64,000 bases of DNA, from assembly GCF_964213995.1 (NCBI RefSeq), contig NC_135830.1:13144001-13208000 (forward strand). Direction: 5' to 3'. Shown piece after piece: positions 1 through 9,275 of this stretch. This DNA is from Mustelus asterias (lineage: Eukaryota). The position numbers and the translations under genes are program-made. Below the pieces are notes generated by a model. That model was not told the origin of the DNA. It did not search any database and saw only the letters and a list, made by a program, of their open reading frames with translations. The first letter of the stretch is position 1, and each line of letters begins with the position of its first letter.

Positions 1-426
1 GAATCAAACACCAAGTTTACACCAGTATTGGGGAGCCAGGCGGCCTTGGTCTCAGCTAATTGCCTTCTTATTTTTTGGGTGTTTGTGTCCGGCTTAACAC
101 ATGGAAATTCCTACTTCTGACCTCATGTTGGATGGAATGTCACTGTTGAAGCAGTAGAAGATTGTTGGTCCCAGAACACTCCCCTGCCGAAATCCTGCAG
201 TGAAATCTGAACTTAGATGTTTGACCTCCAACCACCAATACCATGTTGCTTTGTGCTAAGTTTGACTTCAAACAGAGAAGAATTTCCCGCCGATTCTTAT
301 TGACTTGAGTTTACTCGGGCCCCTTGATCCCACCCTCATTCAAATGGTACCGTGGGGGGGGGGGGGGGGGGCGGTCGGGGGAGGGGGCGGTGGGGGAGGG
401 GAGGGGGTGGTGGGGGGGGGGGTGGT

Positions 427-734
427 GGCACGGTGGCACAGTGATTAGCGCTGCTGCCTCAGAGTTGGATTCCCGACTTGGGTCACTGTCTGTGTGGAGT
501 TTGCAAGTTCCCCCCGTGTCTGTTTGGGTTTCCTTCGGGTGCTCCTGTTTCCTCCCACAGTCCAAAGATGTGGGTTCGGTGGATTGGCCGTGCTAAAATT
601 GCCCCTTAGTGTCAGGGAGACTAGTTAGGGTAAATACATGTGTTTATGGGGATAGGGCTTTGGTGGGATTGCTGTTGGTGCAGACTCGATGGGCTGAATG
701 GCCTCCTTCTGCACTGTAGCATCCTATGATTCTA
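427..734 (+). mobile_element. tRNA-derived SINE (HE1-like shark family)
   Basis: tRNA-like head GGCACGGTGGCACAGTG, conserved body TGTGTGGAGTTTGCA...CCGGTTTCCTCCCACAGTCCAAAGATGTG, and CR1-like 3' tail ending GATTCTA; matches many other copies in the window. Confidence 0.85.
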
Positions 735-762
735 CTCTATGGTGTCCAGGACAGACACTCTG

Positions 763-923
763 NNNNNNNNNNNNNNNNNNNNNNNNNNNNNNNNNNNNNN
801 NNNNNNNNNNNNNNNNNNNNNNNNNNNNNNNNNNNNNNNNNNNNNNNNNNNNNNNNNNNNNNNNNNNNNNNNNNNNNNNNNNNNNNNNNNNNNNNNNNNN
901 NNNNNNNNNNNNNNNNNNNNNNN
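763..923. other. assembly gap (161 N)
   Basis: run of n. Confidence 1.
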
Positions 924-1411
924 TGATAGAATGCGTTTGCACGTGTGTGAGACAGTGGGCTGTGCGTGCAAGAGGAGAGAGTGTGTGAGAGAAAGGGTGT
1001 GTGAGATAATGTGTGTGTGTGAGACAGAATGTGTGTTTGAAGAGTTATTCTTTGTGTGTGACAGTGTGTCTCTTCTTGATAATGTATATGTGTGGAGGGG
1101 CGGGGAGAGTGTGTGTGGGGAGTCTGTGTGAAAGAGTACTTCTGTGTGTGATTGTGTGTATGTTGATGTGAAAGGGAGTGTGTCTATTTGAGATACACGA
1201 TGTCTGTGAAAGAGAGTGTGTGTGCCTGAGAGGGAGGTTATGTGTGTGGGAGAGTGTTGTGTTCATGTGAAAGACAGTGTGTGTGAGAGGGAGTGCCTAT
1301 TGGAAAGCAAAATAATATGTTCATCAGTGTGTGAAACTGTGCATGGGATGGCGTGTGAGTGAGAAAGATATGTGCAATGTGTGTGGGAGATAGAAGCAAC
1401 GTGGGGTGTTT

Positions 1412-1455
<44 letters not shown>

Positions 1456-2480
1456 AGGGGCGGGGAGAGTGTGTGTGAGCGAGAAAAAGTGTGAAACTTA
1501 GACAGAATGGATGCGTGAGTGTGTGTGAGTGAATTGACTGTTGAGAGAACAGGTGTCTGTGATAGGTGGAGTGTTTAAAGAGAGATACATTGTACATACA
1601 TGTGTGTTCGTATGTAAGAGAAGTAGAGACTGTGTGAGAGATTGTGTGCGTGTGAAAAAGAGGGTGTTTGTGAAAGACAGTGTTTGAGAGCAAGATTGTG
1701 CGTGTGTGAGACAATGTGTAAGGGAGTGAGCGTGTGAAAGAGAGAGAAATATGTGCCTGTGTGAGAGAATACATGTGCAAGTGTCCGTATGAGAGAGAGA
1801 GAGCATGGGAATGTGTGTGAGACGAAGTGAGAGTGTACGGAAGAGGGAATGTGAGAGGCATAGTGCATGTGTGTGTGAGAGAGCGAATGTGTGCGCGAGA
1901 CTGTGCTTATGGGAGAGACTGTGTCTGTGTGTAAGAGTGTGTGTTAGAGTGTGTGCATGTTCTATGTTTGTGAGAGTGTTTGTGAGAGAGCCAGTGTGTG
2001 AAAGCAAGAATGCAGAGGTGTGAGATAGTGTGCGCAAGAGAAATAGAAATATGTGCGTGTGTGTGTGAGAGAGAAAGAGATGCGTGTGCAAGAGGAATTG
2101 TGAGAGAGCGTGTGGAGAAATGTGAGACAGCTTGAGCGTGTGTGACAGAGAGTGGAAGAGAGAGAGTCCATGTGAGAGTGCGTGCGCGAGAGTGTGAGAC
2201 TGTGCTTATGTGAGAGTGTGTGTCTGTGTATAAGAGAGAATGGGTGGGTGTGTGGGGATGTGAGCGCTTTTGTGTATGGGGATGTGAGAGATTGATGGAG
2301 AGAGCGAGACGATGTATGTATTTGTATTGAGAGAGTGTATGTGTAACGTGAGAGAGAGAATGTGTATGGGTGTGTAAGAGAGACCGTATGCGAGAGAAAG
2401 TAAGTGTGAGTATGTATGTTTGTGTGTGTGCATGTGTGAGAGAATATGAGAGTATTTATGTGTGTGAGAGTGTGTGATGT
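924..2480. repeat. degenerate (TG)n/(GA)n low-complexity tract in the J-C intron
   Basis: ~1.5 kb of interspersed GTGTGT/GAGAGA with a pure (TG)n run near 1414-1453; source of the spurious His/Thr/Leu/Ser-rich ORFs. Confidence 0.95.
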
Positions 2481-2619
2481 GTATAAGTCTCTATTTGGCT
2501 GATTCAGTCTGGAAAACACACTCACTCCACACATACTCACCCATTCACACAGGAAGTGGGAGTGACAAGTGAGCACAATACGGAGCGCGGGCCAAGGGTT
2601 GGAAAAACATTTAAATCTT

Positions 2620-3110
2620 TCGCAATCAGTCGCAATTGAATAATTCACCCTACTCAATGAGGGAAACCTGTAAAAACTCAAGAAATTTGACACAATCCAG
2701 GGCAAAGCCACCCACAAGATTATCCGCCCCCTCATTCACCCTATTCTCTCTCTCCATCACTAACAAGCAGTGACAGCAGTGTGTGTTATATACAAGATGC
2801 ACTGCAGCAACTCACCAAGGGTCCATAGTAAACACTGTCCAAACCCGTTGCCTTATATCCTAACAGGATAAGGGCAGCAGCCACATATGAACACTACCAC
2901 CTGCAAGCTCCCCTCCAAGACACACACCATCCTGACTTGAAACAATACCTCAGTTCCTTCTGGGTCAAAATCCTGGAACTTCCACCTAACAGCACGGCGG
3001 ATGCCTGCAGCATATGGATTGCAGTTATTCAAGGATGCTTCATATCAACACTTTCTCAAGGAACAATTATTGATGATTAAAACGTCTGGCCGAGCAAATG
3101 ACTCTAAAAT
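2620..3110 (+). mobile_element. degenerate 3' end of an L2/CR1-group LINE
   Basis: GATGCACTGCAGCAACTCACCAAGG...CACCATCCTGACTTG...CTTCTCAAGG; same family as 29625-30360 and 31340-31600. Confidence 0.7.
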
Positions 3111-3133
3111 GGGTTTAGAAGATTAAAAATAAG

Positions 3134-3141
3134 ATGCAAAT
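3134..3141 (+). promoter_or_regulatory. perfect octamer (Oct-1/Oct-2 site) in J-C intron
   Basis: ATGCAAAT, with variant CTTTGCAT at 3208-3215; function is inferred only. Confidence 0.4.
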
Positions 3142-5275
3142 GAATTTGACCCTTCAACTGTCATACCAAACAGGTCATGGACTGCTTTACTACGGAGCAC
3201 AATCTCACTTTGCATTTGCTCATCGAACATTCCCAAGGCCGGTACATCACTGGTTAAAAATCATCCAAATCTCCCACTACAATCTGACGTTTCTGCTCTC
3301 TCTGATGGTCACAATATGCTTTAGGGATCTCATTTCTGAGACGCCGAGACAAACATCAAGTCAAACTGTCACATTTCTCACAGATACAAGTTTATTGAAG
3401 AAATAAATCAAATTTCACTCCCTGAAATACAGCAGAAGGAACCAGAAGTTTTACAACCAGTCAGGCAGATTCCTGGTCCCAACACAGTGACCACGCGCGC
3501 AGAAACAGAACAGACACAAACGGTGCAACAATCGATTTCCCAGCAGGTAGGTATGATCAATCTGTCAATTTAATTCAAACTGTTTGATTCTAATTGATCA
3601 ATGATCAATTTACAACAGAAAATCAATAACCTCTTTTAAATAAAACTGATATTCATTTCAAAACTCCTGTCGATTTTTAATTATGTCTCTCTGTCTGTCT
3701 CACTTCTCGAAAACTATGTAAAAATGTAATTTCGCTGAAAATTAGGAATCAAAAATAACAGATTCAGGACAGTTCAATGTTCCTGCCAGAGATACAGTGA
3801 CACAGTAAGGATTAAATAAACCAAGAAACATTTACATTGAAAATCATTACCTGATTCGATCTAATTTCTTAATTAAATGTAATCAACAAAATATTCGAGG
3901 TAAAACACCTTATCGAGCTAAGCATAGCTGATAAAAGAAAGGTTTTGTTTCTGAATTCATTTTCGATACAATTAAACATTCTCTGAAACGGATGATACTT
4001 TGCACGCCCGTGCATTATTCAAGGTATTTTGTTTTGAATTAATTAGCACCAATATTATATTTTGTTTTGTTAATTGCCGGTTACTTTTCCTGTTAGCTGA
4101 TTTGTACTCCCTAATAAAATCAGTTTTCAATCATTCAAAACTTTCCCTGCCTCGAACATTGTGAAGAAATTAGGTTCCAATTAAATATTAAACAATAAAC
4201 TTCAAATTACTGAATGGAAAGATTCAGACATCTGTAATTCATTTGCTTCAATCGAATAACATTGTCATGTTTTTTTCATTTCCACTTTCACTCCAAATGC
4301 CCTATTATAACCTGCAAACGTGTTAAGAATGCATGTTTCTGAATTTGTATACACTGTAACGGCCTGGCAGTTTGAGGTCAATGAAGCTGCTTCCTAGATT
4401 TAATAATTTGGACCATCCATATAATTTAATTACTGAACATATTGTTTAAATTAAGAAGTTCTGAATTAAACAATGAAAAACACAATGAGGACAATTGATT
4501 CAAATCCTCTGCAACACTGAAACATGATGCACAAAATAAGTCGAGACTTTTTCTTCAGTATAATATTTAATACTAATTAAACATAATGCTCAAATAGAAT
4601 CAATTCTTCTATTCTGTCATTTATTCATCCAATAATTCTATTCTATGTTCAGCAGTAATGGGAGACAGGATGTTATTATTAAATGCAGAGCAAATATTAC
4701 TAATATAAAAATATTATAATATTATAAAAAATTAATTATTTGAATTTCAAGTATTAAATTGTAAATCTCTAGCCAGTTTCTGTTGACACCTTACGACAAT
4801 TCAAACACCATTATATGAACAATTGTTTAGTGTTAGCGAATTCCACCTGTCAGAAAACTGTGTTCACTCTGTCACATTTATTCAAACTGTGGGATTCTAA
4901 TTGATCAATTTTCAAACTACAACAACAAAAATCAATAACTTCTTTTAAATTAAACTGATACTCATTTCAAAATTCCCTTCGACTTTTAACTACTTCTCCC
5001 TGTCTATCTCAAATCTCGAAAACTAGGCAAAAAATTTTTTTTTTTCTGAAAATGTGCACATCAGATATAACCGATCCAGGGTAGTGTAATGTCCCTAACA
5101 GAGGTACAGTGACGCAGTAAGAATTGTAATTCATGATTTACTTTAATCTGCAAGCATCAGTTAACATGAATAAAATGCTCAAATATATATTTATTTTATT
5201 TTTTCCGATACCAGTTTGTTTTATCCTGACAAGGATGTTTAAACGCAGTTTGTTTTTTTCATTTAGCTGGAAAAA

Positions 5276-7053
5276 GTGTAACCGCTCAGGATCACCGAGT
5301 TGAAACAATACAGAAACAATTGAGAAACACCAAACCATTTCACAAATTTTGAGATGAGATTAGTGATTAATTACCTCTGCATCCAACTACAAATTACTTG
5401 GAAGGAATGCTGCGCCTGCACAGAAACAATGTAATAATCGGGCACAAAAATTTCCAAATAGCGTTTTATTGCCAATTATTCTCCAAAACTCATATTTAAG
5501 TGAATGCGAACTTCATCGGGGATATAACAATTAATGCAAAGTATCTTGTTGAACTGAGCGCTGCTGTGGAAACAGCATGTTATCATTGAAATTGTTTCTG
5601 GAATTATCACAAAATATTTCCAGCCGAGAAACCTTTTTGGTCATGTTAATTGTATGCAAAGCACAGCAGAACTATTAAAGCCGATTAATGCGAAATGATA
5701 TTAATAGAAAATAATCTTTTGTGAATATGTAGTTATGTTACCGATTAATAACAGTTTGATTTATATTAATTTTACTATCAAACTTGTTAATGAGAAGTTT
5801 GTTTTTGCAGCAACTACTCAGTGTCCGATTGAGCGTTGTAAGACATGATTTATTTTAATTTCTAAGAGTTAGTTAAAATTTATAAAAATGCTGTAATACC
5901 TTTATTTTATTTCTTTCACAACCTGCTTATTTTCTCCCTACAAGGATTTTCAAACTCATAGATTATTTGCATTTAACCAGAAAACGTGTAACCGCTCAGT
6001 GCCACCGAGTTTAAACAATGCAGAAACACCAAAACATTTCACACATTTTAAACATTCTTAGTGACCCAACAACAGAACCTCCTCAACAGAAACACACCAA
6101 AACACATCAATGAGGGAATGAATCCGTTTCACGGGGACGCAACTCAATTATCCATTCAACAAAATCAAAAATATGATTGCAAGGAAATCTCAATATTCAA
6201 TCCGGCAAACCAGCTCGTCACCAAGTATATGAATGATTGAACTAAACAGAAATTTGGAATAAGAGCAATAGCATTGCGAGGAGGTGGAATATGTCCAACA
6301 AATTAATATTGAAATTTTACCACATTCTATTCATATTGGGTCATATTTCAAACAGATTTCAAACATATTAAAATATTAGGTGGGTAAAAGCTGCAGCCGT
6401 CAGATGCCACCGAGGTTAAACATGGCATGTATCCCAAATTGTGAATGCAGTGGCAAACTATGTTTTGGACGAGTGGCATAAACCATGGTTTGGTTTAACC
6501 TGCAATTATCAGCTACGATTTAAAAAAATACAAATACAATAAAGCCTGCCTGATTTCTGTCTGCAGGCACGCGTCAAGTAGTTTAAAACCCGCAGACTGT
6601 TTGTATTCAATCACAAAGTGTGTAACAGCTCAGTGTCACCGAGTGTAAACAATGCAGAATCTCCGAACCATTTCACAAATTTTACTGATTCAAAGTCACC
6701 CAGACAGACAACCTCCTCACCAGAAACACGCAGCACTGAGGGACTGAACCCCGGCTCATGCAGAAGCAGCTCAATTCTACAAACAGTTGCAACAGAAACA
6801 AATTTCACATTGGCAGAAAATCTCAATTTAAAATCCAGCCAATCTGACCATCACCAAAGCAACTAATAATTAAAATGAGCACAACAATTACATAACAAAA
6901 CCAGATTATGATTAAGCGGAACATGTTCGCAACATTAAAGTAGAAACTTTAACACATTTTGTTAATATTGGGTTAGATTTCAAACACTTGTGCAGTGGAT
7001 GGTGCAACTCGCAGCCACTAGATGTCACCGAGATTAAACATTGAAGAAACGCC
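5276..7053. repeat. J-C intron repeat: five copies of a ~40-bp motif, four of them inside a diverged direct duplication (5985-6430 vs 6617-7050, ~630-bp offset)
   Basis: invariant CACCGAG at 5293, 6003, 6408, 6637 and 7026, each followed by (T/G)AAACA. Confidence 0.85.
5965..5972 (-). promoter_or_regulatory. perfect octamer in J-C intron
   Basis: ATTTGCAT on + strand, with variants ATGCAAAG at 5534-5541 and 5654-5661; function is inferred only. Confidence 0.45.
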
Positions 7054-7344
7054 GAACTGCTTAACAAAAGGAAGGCATTTAAAGTAACCCAGCCACACAA
7101 TGTCCTCAGCAGATACACACCAAATCACAACAAGAGACTGAATCACTCAGTATCACCTTTTGTCAATTAACAGTAGAATTCTATAACCCCCATTTTAAGC
7201 AGGATCACATGAAACATTGTAAAGATTTTCAGCACAGAATCCACCAAACCACATTACATTGAACGAATGAATTAATAAAATCGAGAAAAAGTATAAAACA
7301 AAAACTCAAATAAAACACTGACTAAATAAATGCATGGTTCTTAC

Positions 7345-7392
7345 CTGCAGTCACCGTCACCATGGTCCCTTGTCCCCAGTAGTCCATGGCGT
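7345..7392 (-). CDS. IGHJ: immunoglobulin heavy chain joining (JH) segment, germline
   Basis: AC GCC ATG GAC TAC TGG GGA CAA GGG ACC ATG GTG ACG GTG ACT GCA G = AMDYWGQGTMVTVTA (WGxG motif), followed by splice donor GTAAG (7340-7344). Confidence 0.97.
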
Positions 7393-7431
7393 CACAGTGT
7401 CACGTTCTCTCGGCTGGGTCATACAATAACC
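7393..7431 (-). promoter_or_regulatory. JH 23-RSS
   Basis: heptamer CACAGTG 7393-7399, 23-bp spacer, nonamer ACAATAACC 7423-7431 (as read on +). Confidence 0.95.
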
Positions 7432-7758
7432 ATCTCTGCACAAAATAGACAGAAATCCATCAGTATTTTAAAAATTCACAAGCCAGAGGGAAAGCAAATC
7501 ACTGCATTTTCATGAAATTATTATTGTACTGGTGGATACCGTTCGCTCTACATAAATAACCTTAATGTTTTATATTTCATAGAGGATCACATGATCAAGT
7601 TATTGAAAACACCAACTGATAATCAAATAGTTATCATAAATTTCCCATATTAATTCTCGCTATTTGTGTAGTGCTGGGACATAAATAATACAGCACTGTA
7701 AATAATGCTGGATTGGAAAACAGAGCACTGCCCCAGTCTCGGTCAATTAATGCTGAGG

Positions 7759-7786
7759 GGTTTTTGTATTGACAGTAACTGCTGTG
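7759..7786 (-). promoter_or_regulatory. D2 3' 12-RSS
   Basis: minus strand: CACAGCA (7786-7780), 12-bp spacer, ACAAAAACC (7767-7759). Confidence 0.95.
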
Positions 7787-7798
7787 CCACCCAGTTAT
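7787..7798 (-). CDS. IGHD: IgH diversity segment D2 (12 bp, ATAACTGGGTGG)
   Basis: short segment bracketed by two 12-RSS. Confidence 0.95.
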
Positions 7799-7826
7799 CA
7801 CAGTGAGACACAGCATGACAAATACT
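7799..7826 (-). promoter_or_regulatory. D2 5' 12-RSS
   Basis: CACAGTG 7799-7805, 12-bp spacer, ACAAATACT 7818-7826 (as read on +). Confidence 0.93.
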
Positions 7827-8126
7827 GTGCCCGACTGCTAACTGTTTAATTTCACTGCTGTCTCAAAAATCTGATTCTGCCTCATCCACGAGCGAATGAG
7901 TGAGATATTTCAGCTTGTCCTGGTCATTGTATTTATAAAGGGGATCGGAATGCTTTTAAACTCTCTGTGTAGATTTAGCAGATCGGTAAATATAGATTTT
8001 ATGGGAAGATTTTTATACCTTTTCACAAACTAATATTACTTCCACACATTATTTCACTGAAGCCTCGTTTACTTTGAAAATCCTGCTGTGGTGCTGATCA
8101 CCAATTTGAGCAATCTCTTTCCATGA

Positions 8127-8164
8127 GGTTTTTGTATGAGGATGTCGCTGTGCTCAGCACTGTG
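8127..8164 (-). promoter_or_regulatory. D1 3' 22-RSS (23-class)
   Basis: minus strand: CACAGTG (8164-8158), 22-bp spacer, ACAAAAACC (8135-8127). Confidence 0.95.
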
Positions 8165-8178
8165 ACCCACTGCTGTAT
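8165..8178 (-). CDS. IGHD: IgH diversity segment D1 (14 bp, ATACAGCAGTGGGT)
   Basis: bracketed by a 12-RSS (V side) and a 22-RSS (J side); all three frames open (IQQW / YSSG / TAVG). Confidence 0.95.
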
Positions 8179-8206
8179 CACAGTGACAGACACTCGCACA
8201 AAAACT
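8179..8206 (-). promoter_or_regulatory. D1 5' 12-RSS
   Basis: CACAGTG 8179-8185, 12-bp spacer, ACAAAAACT 8198-8206 (as read on +). Confidence 0.95.
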
Positions 8207-8575
8207 GCACTTACTTTCTGTTCAGTACTGCCGCTCAATATTCACTTCAAATAGACCATTATTTGTGATGTAAATTACACTTCATGCAACAGTTTACAAA
8301 ACACAATCTAGAAACATCTCCTCCAAGTATCAGAAATATTAAAACGAGCATTATATCCAGGTGTGTAATTGCAGAACCTGTTAACAGTAAATATAAACAG
8401 AGTGAAAAGCTCAGCCCATTATGTCTGTGTGTTTTCTTGGTTTAATGTTTAATTTTCACGAAGTTGGGTTTGTCAGAAGCAGTTTGTGTTTTGCTTCTGA
8501 TCACTGTTAGTATTATATTTAAATCAGATACTGACCTTTAGGTTATGATGAAAGTTGCTGAATTCCCTCTCGAGC

Positions 8576-8614
8576 TGTTCTTGTTCGGGTCCATCCCTGG
8601 TTCCTCTCGCTGTG
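8576..8614 (-). promoter_or_regulatory. VH 23-RSS
   Basis: minus strand: CACAGCG (8614-8608), 23-bp spacer, ACAAGAACA (8584-8576). Confidence 0.93.
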
Positions 8615-8919
8615 GTCTCTTGCACAGTAATAGATGGCGGTGTCTTCGGTCTTCAGCCTTGTCATCTCCAAAGAGAAGATTTTGGTTGAAGTGTCTTTCG
8701 ACGCACTAAATCGATCCTTAATTGCTGGGGCGTAGCTGTTGCTGGATGAAGTATAGTAGTAAACCAGCCACTCCAACCCCTGTCCTGGAACCTGTCGGAT
8801 CCAGTACATGCCATAGCTGCTAAGATCGAAGCCGCTGGTTTTACAGGTCAGTGTCAGGGAGCCTCCGGGACGCCCGGTCTCTGCCTCTGGCTGAGTCAAC
8901 ACAACCTCCGACTGGACAC
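8615..8919 (-). CDS. IGHV: immunoglobulin heavy chain variable exon, shark IgM-type, open frame
   Basis: acceptor TTTTTACAG, then (G)[101 protein letters not shown]; both Cys, WxRQ, GLEW and YYCAR are intact; FR1 QPEAETG and YAPAIKDRF are typical of elasmobranch IgM VH. Confidence 0.97.
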
Positions 8920-9039
8920 CTGTAAAAATAGATCAAAAAACCCGAGGATTAATCCTGGTGCAATGGAATATTACAGAGATGGACTAAAACTGAGACAGTA
9001 ACTGTGGGAGACTTAGGCAATGAAAAAAAAACTGCTCAC

Positions 9040-9085
9040 CGGATAAGAAAGTCAGCAACAAACTGAGAGAAATCGCCGACCTCAT
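9040..9085 (-). CDS. IGHV: VH leader exon (signal peptide)
   Basis: ATG at 9085 gives MRSAISLSLLLTFLS(G); phase-1 donor GTGAG and a 120-bp intron (8920-9039) splice in frame to the V exon. Confidence 0.95.
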
Positions 9086-9169
9086 CCTTCTGGTGATTTG
9101 GGGGAAATGGTTGTGTCAGGAACTCAATGAACAAACCACCTCCCGGACTGTTGGATTCCGGTCCCAGTG

Positions 9170-9275
9170 AGCGGCATTTAAATACCCGGCAGAAGGGGGC
9201 GGCTTTCCAGGCGCCGCCTGTTGATTCCCTGCTGGAGGCGGTAACTGGATCCAGGTCCCACCTTCCACACCCCCA
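9170..9275 (-). promoter_or_regulatory. VH promoter: TATA-like box with GC/CACCC boxes, no octamer
   Basis: TATTTAAA (minus strand, 9177-9184) ~92 bp above the ATG; GGGGCGG 9196-9202; CCACACCC near 9265; locally CpG-rich. Confidence 0.65.

Noticed and set aside
352-426. G-run / G-quadruplex
   Set aside because: Abuts a SINE head near a gap; likely homopolymer expansion or low-quality sequence, with no evidence of function.
1045-2735. Long His/Thr/Leu/Ser- or Cys/Val-rich ORFs
   Set aside because: Translations of the TG/GA low-complexity tract.
3449-3522. Apparent extra J segment: minus-strand LGPGICLTG next to CACAGTG (3483-3489) with ACACAAACG 24 bp away
   Set aside because: No W/F before GxG, no N-terminal J residues, and a 24-bp spacer; the stretch aligns with the decayed second-family SINE body (GAACCAGA..TTTTACAAC..TGGTC, cf. 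40210-40285).
1-7344. Constant-region (Cmu) exons downstream of JH
   Set aside because: No C1-set Ig exon recognised on the minus strand; presumably left of the window, and the 161-N gap cannot be inspected.
8543-8614. ORF extension [23 protein letters not shown] after YYCARD
   Set aside because: Read-through of the RSS and intersegment DNA; not coding, and the gene is not germline-joined.
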